Assembly: GCA_965644295.1 (NCBI GenBank)
Contig: CBFFRP010000238.1
Coordinates: 124,001-188,000 of the forward strand
DNA length: 64,000 nucleotides
Source of the DNA: Paraphysomonas bandaiensis
Taxonomy: Eukaryota; Protista; Chrysophyceae
Direction of reading: 5' to 3'
Below are positions 48,117 to 60,215 of this stretch, one piece after another (position 1 is the stretch's first letter; each line of letters begins with the position of its first letter). A model generated the notes under the pieces. The model was not told the DNA's origin. It did not search any database and saw only the letters and a list, made by a program, of their open reading frames with translations. The position numbers and the translations under genes were made by a program.

Positions 48117-49848
48117 CTATGCACTCATTTCTGATCTGGACATTGACGATACGCCCTCCCAATTTACGTAATCTGGTCGCTCTGCAGCTCTGTACTCCTC
48201 AATTAGCTCCGTCACGACTTCCCTGATTAAGAGACTATTATAAATAGTTTAAATACACCACACCTACTTACTTTGCACTGTCAAACTCTTCCAAGCCATC
48301 CTGGAACATAGGTTCCCGGCGATAGGCATCCAAGAAGGCGTTTCTCTTTCGGAGCTTGTCATATTGATTCACCGTTGTGCCGAAAAGCTGTGCCATGCTA
48401 GTATGGTTTGCCAACATTAATCCGGACACCTTATTGGCACTCTCTACGTATGGACTCTTGCGTGAAAGTGCGACCTGAACGGAAAATGAGAATGTGAGCA
48501 AGATGCAACCTGTCCACTGACCTGAATAGAGGCTGGGCCCCAAGGAATGAAGTTCACTAATTTTCTCTCCCGAATCCTTTGGAGAGCCTTATGCACCTGA
48601 TATCGCATTAGTTTTCTGTATAACACAATCAGTGTGTAGGGCACTTAAGTACCTGTGTAGGATCTACAGCGCCCTGAATAATATTAAGAATAGAGATGTA
48701 GCACCCTTTCCGGGTGGAAGCGGAGACCATGATATTCTTAGCTTGGGTTAGTCTATAGAATAATAGACGGTTAGACACTACGACAATAACTTGCATATAA
48801 ACCTTCTCATGACATCTAGTACTGTTGTTTTCCTTACAGCAGATGTTTGGCCCTCTGACAGCACGATAGGTGTATACCCGGTCATGAGGAAGTGACATCG
48901 AGGAGTAGGAATAAGTGAGGCAACAAGACCGATTAGATCATTGTTCATATAACCGGGGTACCGGAGTGTGGTGGTTGATGCAGCCATAACAGTCGACACT
49001 AGCGAATTAAGCTGACTAACAGTCGGATTCTCTAGTTTCAACCTAGCAAAAACGGATTTAACAAATATCAAATCCGTGTGGGTAACTTGTGATACCTGTC
49101 CACCGCAATCCTGTTAAGTGCTGTATTGTCCAGCACAACAACACAATCAGCATTTAGAGTGAGCCTCTTTAAAGTAAGAATTGAATTGTAAGGTTGAACG
49201 ACAACGTCGGGGGAGTGTTCCCAATTAGGAAATACCGAATATGTCTGATATGCGCATATATAATGAAAATTCGATTTCAGCATTTATGATTCCGTACCTG
49301 AATTAATTTTTTCGGAAAGTGATCATTTAAGCGCTCCAGAAGAAACGATCCCATTCCTGAACCAGTTCCACCAGCAATCGAGTGACAAAGGACAAATCCC
49401 TCAAGCGAGTCACTTCCATCTGCTTCTCTGTCAATCATCTCCATGACATAGTCTTCGTGCTCAGAGCCTTGTCTATACCCTGACGCCCAGTTATTTCCGG
49501 CACCACCACCTTCCTTGGCAATGAAAAAGTTTTCTTGATTATAAAGGTGGCGATAGGGGGAAGTCTGAATGCCATTAATGACTCGAGGCTCCAGGTCAAT
49601 CATCATGTTTCGTGGAATATAGTGCTCATCATCAGCTTGATAGAAAAATACATCTTTCCTATCTTCTCCATTGTGCGCATAATCTTGAAGTGTACCGTCC
49701 GGGCTAATTCCGTGTTCAGCGCAGAGTTGCTTCCAAAACTCAGATCCAACTACAGAGAAAAAAAACTTAGCTGATAAGTGTGTAGATTCCAAAGCTTACT
49801 CTGGTTTCCACACTGTCCTAATTGGAGGGTAATAATTTCTCGTGGCAT
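48117..49848 (-). CDS. TUBG: Gamma-tubulin; 8 exons
   Basis: [16 protein letters not shown]|[77 protein letters not shown]. Confidence 0.98.
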
Positions 49849-50323
49849 ACAACAATGGTTTTCGTCGACTGCTTTTATTCCTAGTTTATAAATAATAAAT
49901 TCCTCAGTGACTTACGACGATTGCTTTCAGTATCTATCCTCTATGCCTGACACTCATATGCATATAAACTACGAGCAAAGTGTACATATTTAAACACTTG
50001 TGTATACTGTGCAGTATTACAATAGCAAAAAAATACTGAAATTTGATAGTTTCAAATTCGAATTGTTTTGTTGGATGTCTTCTGTAGTTTGATGTATTTT
50101 ATGTATTTCCCGTCCTCTGATGATACGGTAGGATCTTATGCATCTTGCATTTGCAAAATGGAATGCATGTTTTTTGTTCGGGGGCTGCCTGTTTTTGTGT
50201 GTGTTGTACCATAATGCAACACTGCTGTCAGTGTTCTGTGTGTGCACTTGCAAAGGCATTAACTAAATCCATCTGCAGCTTAAGATAAAAGTCGATCAAC
50301 ATACAGAAGTGCTTTCTTGAATA

Positions 50324-51850
50324 ATGCAGTCAGTCATTAGATCCGTGAGATTGGTTGGAAATGTAAGTACTATGGGGCTTTGTGTTTGATAATTGCTAAC
50401 CATTGTTATTGTTAGGGTGGGAGAGGCAGACTGATGTCTACCTCGATTACTGCCATTAAAGGCCGAGAAGTTATCGACAGCCGTGGTAACCCTACTGTAG
50501 AGGTAGTAATTTCACGTTGTTGCATGGGAGGCACGTGTGTTATGCTGTGATTTATATGCAGGTTGATGTGACGACCACTGGTGGCATGTTCCGAGCTTCA
50601 GTGCCTTCTGGAGCGTCCACAGGAATTCACGAGGCGGTGGAATTAAGGGACGGTGGTTCTCGTTACAAAGGAAAAGGAGTGTTACAGGCGTGCAAAAATG
50701 TCAATGAAATTATCGGGCCCGCTCTTCGTGGCATGAACCCTTCTAGTCAGGTTTCTGACACGTCAGTATTGACTATATAAATTTACTGACCACACATGTA
50801 ATGTAGAAAGAAATTGATGATGCAATGCTAAAGCTTGATGGCACTCCTAATAAGAGCAAGCTAGGTGCTAACGCTATTCTGGGTGTGTCATTAGCAGTTG
50901 CGAAGGCAGGTGCCGCTGAGAAAGGAGTTCCTCTCTACCAACATTTCGCTGAGCTTGCAGGAAATAAAAAGCTCGTTCTCCCCGTACCGTCATTCAATGT
51001 TATTAATGGTGGTAGTCATGCAGGCAATGCTCTTGCATTTCAAGAGTTTATGATCCTTCCAGTGGGAGCATCATCTTTTACTGAGGCTATGATTATGGGA
51101 TGTGAGACTTACGCCACTCTGAAGACAGTCATCAAGAAGAAGTATGGTCAGGATGCCTGTAATGTTGGTGATGAAGGTGGATTTGCTCCTAACATTGGTA
51201 GTAATTACGAAGGCGTTGAACTGCTGATGGAGGCTATTAAGCAGGCTGGTTATGAGAAGGAGATGCGCATTGGTATGGATGTCGCCGCATCGGAATTTCT
51301 AACGAAGGATGGTAAATATGACCTCAACTTCAAGAATGACGATGGAAATCGCGATGTAAAGACTGGGTCTGAACTTGCTGGAGTATATATGGATTTGTGC
51401 GAAAAGTACCCAATTGTATCTATTGAGGATCCTTTTGATCAAGATGATTGGACGCACTATGCAGATTTCACACGCAGTATCGGGAAAAAGGTACAGGTCG
51501 TTGGTGATGATCTGCTCGTGACCAATACCAGTCGCATTGCGGAGGCAGCAGACAAGAAGGCATGCAATGCATTGTTGCTCAAAGTTAACCAAATCGGATC
51601 TGTAACGGAGTCCATCAATGCGGTGGCGCTGTCAAAGAGCCATGGGTGGGGAGTGATGACCAGCCATAGGTCCGGTGAGACTGAGGACAACTACATTGCA
51701 GACCTCGCTGTTGGGCTTTGTACCGGACAGATCAAAACAGGAGCACCATGCAGATCAGAGAGGCTCGCTAAATACAACCAATTGCTTCGCATCGAGGAGG
51801 ATCTGGGCTCGAATGCTGTGTACGCTGGTGAAACTTTTAGACTACCGTAA
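50324..51850 (+). CDS. ENO: Enolase with putative mitochondrial presequence; 4 exons
   Basis: [12 protein letters not shown]|[69 protein letters not shown]-terminal extension [13 protein letters not shown]|GGRGRLMS. Confidence 0.97.
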
Positions 51851-52916
51851 GCTGAAGTCCATCCATGTCACTTATTCAAATTAAATAATTAGCTGACACA
51901 CATGCGCCGATAACATTACTTGGATAATTTGTGGCTTCCACGCCACTACTAAGTTGTAGATCGTAGCTACAGTACGAATTGAAAATACAACGAATTATTT
52001 CAACGCCTCCCACCCCAAGCAACTTCATTACGTGTGCGCTTTATCTATCTGTATCAAGGTCATTCCTTGGGTTTCATCTAATTTTGATAGCTCTCAACAC
52101 TCAACACCATTTCCACATGCGAATTAACGAGAATATCTCATATCGAGTCATAGTCCCTAAAGGTATACGGCTACCAGCTACCAGGCTTGCGTAACAATTA
52201 ATTGGTGACCCAACAATAATAATAGCAATTATTAAATAAGTCTCCAATTATTGGCATTGCAATAGCCACACTACAGCTATCAGCTAATCTTTACAAGCCT
52301 CTAATTCTGCTAAGTAGTCTTCCCTCTAATTCTGCTAGGTAGTCTTCTGTCTTCTAGTAGCAAATATTGCTAATACGGTACTATTTAGAATAGTCTCACG
52401 TAAGGATGAAAAGCTGCACTGTCAGCGATTACAATAATAATGAGATTTCCAAAACTAACAAGAACTAACAAAATGTTGTAACTAGAATGCAGGTGTTCGT
52501 TCTGCCTGAGAGTTGCTGCAGTCAGAGCTATATCAGAAGATAAGAGAACCGAACATATCTGATTAGATTGCACTTCTTATATTCTGCTGAGTGCGTTCAA
52601 TTCATATTCTACTGAGTGAGTTCAGTGTCTACTGGAGAGCCACCTCTGACAAAATTGTTGTACTACCAGAAGATATATAGTACAATGACTTTGTCGAAGT
52701 GAATGTATTATACTGCAATATATGGAGGTGGTATACAAAATACTTTAATATTTAATATATATCGTACATATATAGCTGCTATATTATGTGATATGCTGCT
52801 GAAGTAGGTACGTCTATTTGGAGGATAATATGACGTTGTGGGCGTGGTATTAAAGTAATGGTTTAAATCATGTAAGTATGAAACAATAATGGCATATATT
52901 TTTCACTACTATATAC

Positions 52917-53715
52917 CAGGGATAGGGAACAATATATTGTATTGCAATACATTGTACAATATATTGCAATATATTGTAAAATATATTGATTGGTGGACTG
53001 GTCAAATATTCCATCAATAGTGTTTCTGCTAAAAGAGCTCACAATACTATTGCAATATATTGCAATCAATATTATGATAGTCATATAAGAGAAGATTCTC
53101 AACTGTAGGGTGCAAAATGGATATAAATAACCGAGAAATTGATTACAACATTACAAAGGATAATGAAGCTGATGTTGACTATGCGACTAAAAATCTTCAG
53201 TCAGCTCAAAAAATTAAGAAATGTACAGATCCACGAGTCATTAACGGTTGCCTGGCCTTGGTATGTACTTCCAATACATGGGAACGTCTGTTCAGCACAG
53301 CTAAACATATTATATCAGTGTTGCGCAAAAGTATCCATCCTACTTAATATGCTGTTGTTTTAGAAAGCTATTCGACAGTTATGACCGGATACTTGCATAT
53401 TTCAGTTAATTCTGTGGATGAATATGGTGATGTTGACCTCACCGATGATGGCTCAGAGGATGAGGACGAGGTGGATTTTTAGTAGCTATAAGCAGCAGTT
53501 GGTTTGGTTGTCATGTGATCTTAATGACTAATACTAAAAATGAAATCTACGGATGTGTTTACCCACTGATTAGTCAAACTAATATATCGCAATACATTGA
53601 CAATATATTGCAATATATTGTAATTGTATTGTAGGACCGGTTTAAAAAATCCATCAATACTATTGATGGAACGCTATCTAACAATAGTATTGCAATATAT
53701 TGTTCCCTATCCCTG
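52917..53715 (+). mobile_element. Complete non-autonomous hAT DNA transposon with remnant transposase C-terminus
   Basis: Perfect 23-bp TIR CAGGGATAGGGAACAATATATTG. Perfect 8-bp TSD CTATATAC (52909-52916 and 53716-53723). CAATATATTG subterminal repeats. Internal TSNTWERLFSTAKHIISVLRKSIHP matches the hAT dimerisation motif. Confidence 0.95.
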
Positions 53716-54080
53716 CTATATACTATATATCTACCTCTACTTGGAAAATGTCACAATTAAAAAGTACGCATACGTCGAATTTTGAATCAGTTTTTACTTT
53801 TTACCCCCATCTGTTCTGACATCGACATCTCAGTGCCCACAAATAAATTATAGGTGAATTACAGATTATAGGTGAATTAAAGAAATCGTTATTAAAATTC
53901 GATGACTTAAAGCGATGCTCCATCAGAATGACCATAAAAGGGCAGTGGCGACAAGCAAAGCCGACAAAGAATACAATAATACTCTGATATGATATTCATT
54001 CAGTATATACACGCAAGGTGCGTTAGATGCAACCATGTTAAACACTTTGCATAAACTAAGACGGTGTGCTATCGTAATGC

Positions 54081-54360
54081 CTAATACACCCTAACTGGAG
54101 GCAAGTTCTTTTTGGCTCTAAGTTTAGCACTTTTCAACACTTCATCTCTGGCTGCTTCCTCCTTCTTCCAGCGATCTCTCACCTCTCTGGGAATAACACC
54201 TAATGATGGATCAAATACCAACCACTCCTGTCTCTCTTTCTCCATCGTTGAATTTTCGTGTTCGTCACTTTGCTGCCTGAATGTTCTCGCCCGCTCATCT
54301 ACCTCTAGTGGGGGCATACTTGGGTCTGAGCTGGATGATGATGCAATTATAAGCTTTTCT
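54081..54360 (-). CDS. Terminal exon of a small hypothetical protein; upstream exons unresolved
   Basis: Charged, coding-like frame (EWLVFDPSLGVIPREVRDRWKKEE) behind a candidate AG acceptor. No family recognised. Confidence 0.4.
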
Positions 54361-55117
54361 ACCCAGTCAGGTAGAAATACTCGAATCGTGCCTGTCTCAT
54401 GTTAGCGATAGCATCAAAATACATAAAGATCTATACCATGGAAGCGGCGGATCAATGTCGGAAGTAAACATAGAATAATGACCTCGTACCGACTGCCACT
54501 AAACGCTACTGTTGAAGCGACCAGCACATCCCAAATTTTAGATACATAATTTTTGCTACTGTGAAATACATATAGAAGCCTCAAGTTATACTTCGTTGCT
54601 TCACTAATTATCCAGTTCGGAATCCCGCAATAAGTACAAATAGCGAAGTCGTAGTTAGCAATCGACAACCCAAATGATAAAACGACAAATACGACATAAC
54701 AGAGCAATATATTTTCAACGATTGCTCTAATTTCATTCATCAGTGAAAGGATTGTCACAGCTTCGAATGTTGTAATGGAATAAGAAAACAAATCGGTCAA
54801 AACGAACTAAAGTATTATTAAAATCTGTAACAGATTACCAACTTTCGAATGGTTATCCTGTCCATCTATGTGGGTGGTATCAGTATGTCTTAACACAGAG
54901 AATACATACATATCATGCATGTAGAATCATTTGCTTTCTCTCGTTGTGTACTCCATTTCTGCAGCATTTTTTATTGCTGTGCAAGACAACAACTTCTCTT
55001 GCTTTCTTCTTATGGTATACCTGCTGTACATGGCTTGATGTATATATTCCTATATATAGAAAAATCCGTATACAAGAATAAGAGACGTACTGCTGTACCA
55101 TGGTGTACTGCTGTAGA

Positions 55118-55165
55118 TAGGTAGGTAGGTAGGTAGGTAGGTAGGTAGGTAGGTAGGTAGGTAGG
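55118..55165. repeat. (TAGG)n microsatellite, about 12 copies
   Basis: Read directly from the sequence. Confidence 0.95.
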
Positions 55166-56533
55166 CATGCGTATACAGCAGTTGTGTTGTTCCTGCAATG
55201 TGGCTACGTAGGTGGTACGTAGCATATCATTGAAAGTCTTCCCAGCCAATTTCCGGTAGGCAGGTAGACATGGTAGCTGGATATGCTCGGACCATCCTCT
55301 GTTTCATCTGTATCAATGAGAGGACCGGATCATACTCTTTGTTCTCCATTGCTGATAACATTCCATAAAAACATGGTGGAATTAGAGATATAAATCAACC
55401 TGATCAGAAGGGTCACTGATATATAATTATTAAGGGAGTGTCAACCCCCGTAGAGCTTTGTGACTATAGATACTAGATTCATACTTGAGTGTTGGTCTAG
55501 AGGTACTCTTGGTATTATTTTACCTGCTGTTTACATATCCTTGTAGCTAGTCAAGAACTCCTAGTCTAACAAGGAGAAATATCCCTTGTCAAACATGAAG
55601 AATAAGAATTCCACTGTCAACGACACCGCTTTCGACATTTACAGTTTGTGAGGAGCAGAATATGACAAGATATGAAATGGTACTGATAGTGTGAAGAGGA
55701 GGACAGTGAAAGCAATGGATAGCATGCGAACAATTTGTAGCTCAAAGTCTTTAGAAACGATGGATTACAAAAGCAAAATATAGATGTATAAATAATGTAT
55801 TCTGTAGATTCTATACATGTGTATACATGTGAGGGGTAGTGCTATAGAGCTGTGCTTATTATTTTTGTATCTCAGAAGAGAATATACGTCTTGAGTTCCA
55901 CGTGACACTATTTCTGAAATCCAATCGGTATCTTCGAATACAACTTCTATTAAAATAATTGAATCGCATTGGCGATACGATGTAATAAATCTTAAATTAG
56001 AAGGCAGATTGTGAATTAAAGTGTAATTTATACTGAATATAAAATCATTTATACAGCGTAGTGAGTTCAGTGCTTTATAAGCAAGCCTTTCTTATTTTTA
56101 TGATGTCGCTAAGTTGAAAATTCAGTAACATTTTTGGTCTATTAGCACATCATACCATAACAAATATATTGTTGTGAGCATAAAAACTATTGTAAAAATT
56201 GTTATGATTCGGATTAATGATACGAATTAGATTTATAGCTAGTCTTAGTTTTTAGTGAAAGATACACTTCATATAATTAGAGATATAGATTGATTATATA
56301 AACTTCACATGAAGGATAAGGCCTAAAAGTATAATAGCTAGACACGTTTGAACAGAGTTAGCACCACATACATTTTCGTATTTTCTACAGTCGCGTATCT
56401 TATATAGTTTGGTAATTATTCAGTCCATTTGATATTTCATTGTATATATGTGTTTATTCATACGTGAATCAATGAATCATAATAGATACCGTACCCTGCT
56501 TACTACCCTGCAACCATATATAAATTATATATT

Positions 56534-58409
56534 TTATTTTATGGTCGAAGTAGATTTCAACACAAAATCTGTTATTTTACCCATTACTTCACTGGGATCG
56601 AGACTGGAGAGCTCTATATCAGGTGTAGGAGAACCAGAAGAATAAGATACTTCTTTACGCTGATACCTACAGAGTAAAGCCGTACGCATACCTGCGCTAT
56701 GACCCCCAACAATATCGTGTTCATAGCAGTCGCCAATGTAAAGCACGCGACCTGGATGAACAGACAATCTTTGTGCAACGGCAAGAAATGGCACCCGTGA
56801 TGGTTTCGATCGACCTATTTCTGAGGCACTTAGACTTATGGAGAGTAATGTCCCTAACTCCGAAGTTGCATTTGGCCCAAAAGGAATAGTTGCATTACCG
56901 TTAGTGAGGATTCCCACCGGTACACCTTCCTCCCGCGACAACCACCGCACGCAGGATAAAGCATCATCATATAAGTGCTTGTCTACGTCACTTCGTATTG
57001 AAACAAACTCCTGTAGAGCACATATTATTTCCACACTGCCACTGAAAGACTAAACACGGACAAAATCATAAATCAACCTGCACTGCTTCGTCGACCAAAT
57101 GCTCCTCACCATTCGGCGTCGCCATCTGACGCAGGGCCTCGGCTCTCATTTCGGTGTAGTCATGCGCAATCAGAGGATCCTCTGCAGCAACTCTGAATAT
57201 ACATAGTGGACAGGTTAATGTATATTCAAGTGAAGCATAACTAGTAATAGCAGCTTCCATGTTGAGGAGCACATTACCAACAATGTACAGACCAATACCT
57301 GGTCATCTCTTGTCTCATGTTCTCTTTAACACCCGGGGCTGTCGCACTCATATAGGTCTCCACGTATTTACCATACGCTCTATGAGCATCCATTATAGGT
57401 CCCATGACTGGAACCAATGTATCATCCAGGTCAAATATAATAGCATCAAATGCATGTCGAATGGGGGAGCTCGAGTCAAGGGGACGTGGAACTTAAAGAA
57501 CATATAAGTGCACGTAAAGTATAAAAAATAGCACAGTATAGCGTAGAAGCTGCACCTACATATGTACTACCTTGCTCATACAAAGACAACCATGCCTTCC
57601 ATTTGTCATCACTTTGTTGTAGAACACTTTCCAGAAGTATGGCAATTTGTGCTTTAGCTTGACAATACCCAGGATAGTCTGTATTCACCACAAAGTCCGC
57701 TTTCGATCGTTTCATTTCGTCTGGCATTTGTTTCGACAAAATGGATTCGAACTTCTCCTCAGTCATACCGGGCCTCGACAACACTCTAGCCCTCTGTGTC
57801 TCCTCCGATGCAGTGACCACAACAGTATAATCCACGCTGTGATTAGTAGGGTTTTCGAGTAGAAGCGGAATATCATAAACTACGGCTAGCTTTCTCTCTG
57901 AGATAGCATTCTCAAGAAATAATCGTCGCTCATCAGCCACTAGAGGGTGTATAATTCCCTCAAGCTTACTCAATGCATCGTTATTAGACAATACAAATCT
58001 GCTCAGTATAGCGCGATCTACACCATGATCGACGACTGCTTCAGGGAATATTTCTCGAATTGGACCCACTGCTTTACCATTTCGTGAATAGAGCTGATGA
58101 ACAACTGTATCAGCATCAAAAACAGGACTGTGAAAACAAAGATTACATTATGTAAATTAAATATTCGTAAACTCACAATCCCAAAGAACGAAAATGATTA
58201 GACGCCGTACTCTTTCCTGTATTTTATAATATTTACATAAAAGTGTGATGAAGATGGCACGAAACTGACCCATTCCTATAGATCCCGTGAGGCCAATTTG
58301 TATGGGCTTCCACATTCCAGCGATTAACGAAATGTAGGCAACTGAGTCAATGTGTACGTCTAATTAAGTCCTCGTCACTGATGTAGGCCCCATTACCTAC
58401 AGCAGTCAT
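56534..58409 (-). CDS. Dephospho-CoA kinase (CoaE) fused to a HAD-IA phosphatase; multi-exon, start codon uncertain
   Basis: CoaE motifs: IGLTGSIGM|GKST, PVFDAD, LEGIIHPLV, DIPLLLE, QRARVLSRPGMTEEKF, QMPD. HAD motifs: IIFDLDDTL, LTNGN, KP, IGDCYEHDIVG. Phase-1 intron 57492-57570 joins the two halves in frame. Confidence 0.85.
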
Positions 58410-58827
58410 CAGCAATATATATTCTTGTGAATATCTTGTGCAGTATGGCATTCTCTTGTGTCTGTTGTGTGTATCACCATACACATCTTTCTCTGTCAAT
58501 GAGGCATCACCAGAATACAATGTATTATTCTCTCTGGTAGTGGTTTCTACGGTGAGCATACAGAGTACAAGCAGCAGTATTTTGTTCGGTGGAGTTGAGT
58601 GGAACTAGCGGGCCCATACATGGGCGTACAGCATACAGCACAGTGCAATTAATTCCATCACCAGCAAGCATCACACTAACAGCTCATCGATTAATTACGT
58701 GACGGGATCTAATCAAGTCTTGTCATCTATAATCGGAAATTTCCATAACTTAGTGTTACCTTATTCTCATTGAACACTTGGCGTGTCCTTATATTCGATA
58801 CCCTGGTATTGCCTCCCCTAGATAATA

Positions 58828-59550
58828 ATGTTTCGTTTGAATAGAGCATCACGGTTGCTGGTGTCTAGATCATTTTGTACTTCCACCAATGTGGCACCTT
58901 CATTAAAGTTAGAAGGAATGACTGCAGGACAAGCTTACCAAGATATGGTTTATCGTGGGCGAAAGGTCGTTTTATTTTTATGTAATTTACCAGTCTGAGA
59001 TGTGCCTCTACAGGAAAGCAGAATTGGAATAAGAGAACTCAAAAAATTATGCAAACTTTGTGGTCCAGAAGATGCTAAGTATGCAGGACTTGCTGTTGAT
59101 TGGTTTCAGGAGAAAGGATATGATTTCACGGAAGAATTAAATTCTGTATTTGTGAAGACTTGTGTACAAGGAAATCAACCAGAAATAGCGGTGAAGAGAT
59201 TTGTTTACGCCAAAGGGAGAATGGGATCTTGGAGTACAGCGTCATCTTTGAACTATTTGTTCGGGTCGTTGCTAGAGAAAGGAGATGCTGAGTCAATGGT
59301 AAATGTTCTTTCAACTGTAGTTCCTAAAGGTGTTCGTCCAAATGTGACTACCGCCGAATTATGTCTGCAGGCCTGCTCGCAGTGTCAAAATAGAGAACTT
59401 TATGAGAGTGCTCTTGATATATGCAGGCGGTTTGTTCTTGTTCCTTCTGAGCTTGAAAATATTACACAAAAGCACCCTATTCCTGCGGCTTCCAATGATG
59501 CTGTAAAAGATGACGCAGATAATGGAGAGGAAGATAAAACAGATGCATAG
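58828..59550 (+). CDS. Small alpha-helical repeat (PPR-like) protein with putative mitochondrial presequence; 2 exons
   Basis: MFRLNRASRLLVSRSFCTS presequence-like start. PPR-like KGVRPNVTTAELCLQAC and LNSVFVKTCVQGNQPEIA. Confidence 0.6.
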
Positions 59551-59850
59551 GAGTACAGCATCATTGGAAAACTAATGTTGTCAGCAGTAGTCTTAGCTAC
59601 ATGTAGTCGTTGATATTGCGTACTGTTAAAGAATAAGAATTCTATCTTTAAACGACTACACACCATAATCGTCCAGTAAATCATGTTCAACAAGCAAGCG
59701 AGATTTTATATATTATGCTATTCAGTGGTCTTTGGGTAGTAGTAGCAATTCTATTGAAGTGATATCGAGCAAAGACAAACTTGTGATTCAGGGAGATATA
59801 TTAGTGATACCATACTGATATAGTATAATAAGAAACCAAGATGTGTCAGT

Positions 59851-60078
59851 CTGGGCATTGTAACTATTAATTATTAATCGTATGGCATTATGGTAATCCA
59901 ACTGTAATAGTCGGGACATTTTTCATTAATGCTATTATAATTACCGGGAACTGGGCACCCATTGATGACGTTTACTAGTACTTGATACATGATATTTATA
60001 GAATTCAGTGTTTTTAAAATACAGCATTACCTTTATAATTTATACTCCAAAGAAACAAGAACTCTACTTGTTTAGGAC
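59851..60078 (+). mobile_element. Decayed hAT-like element end (family 2), second copy
   Basis: ATTATAATTACCGGGAACTGGGCACCCATTGATGAC matches the reverse complement of 28027-28090, and similarity extends further. Confidence 0.45.
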
Positions 60079-60215
60079 ACGTTCACACTATTATATTCAC
60101 TTTGCTACACCGTATTTTCAAAGTGGCAAACACTAACTACCTTGTATATTCAATTTGAACTCGAAGGGCTATTAAATCACAAATCACACACCAATCGTAA
60201 CCCCAGAGCAAGGGT

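Noticed and set aside
52298-52347. Short local duplications (about 25 bp here; also about 22788-22818 and 53848-53879)
   Set aside because: Ordinary slippage duplications with no further structure.
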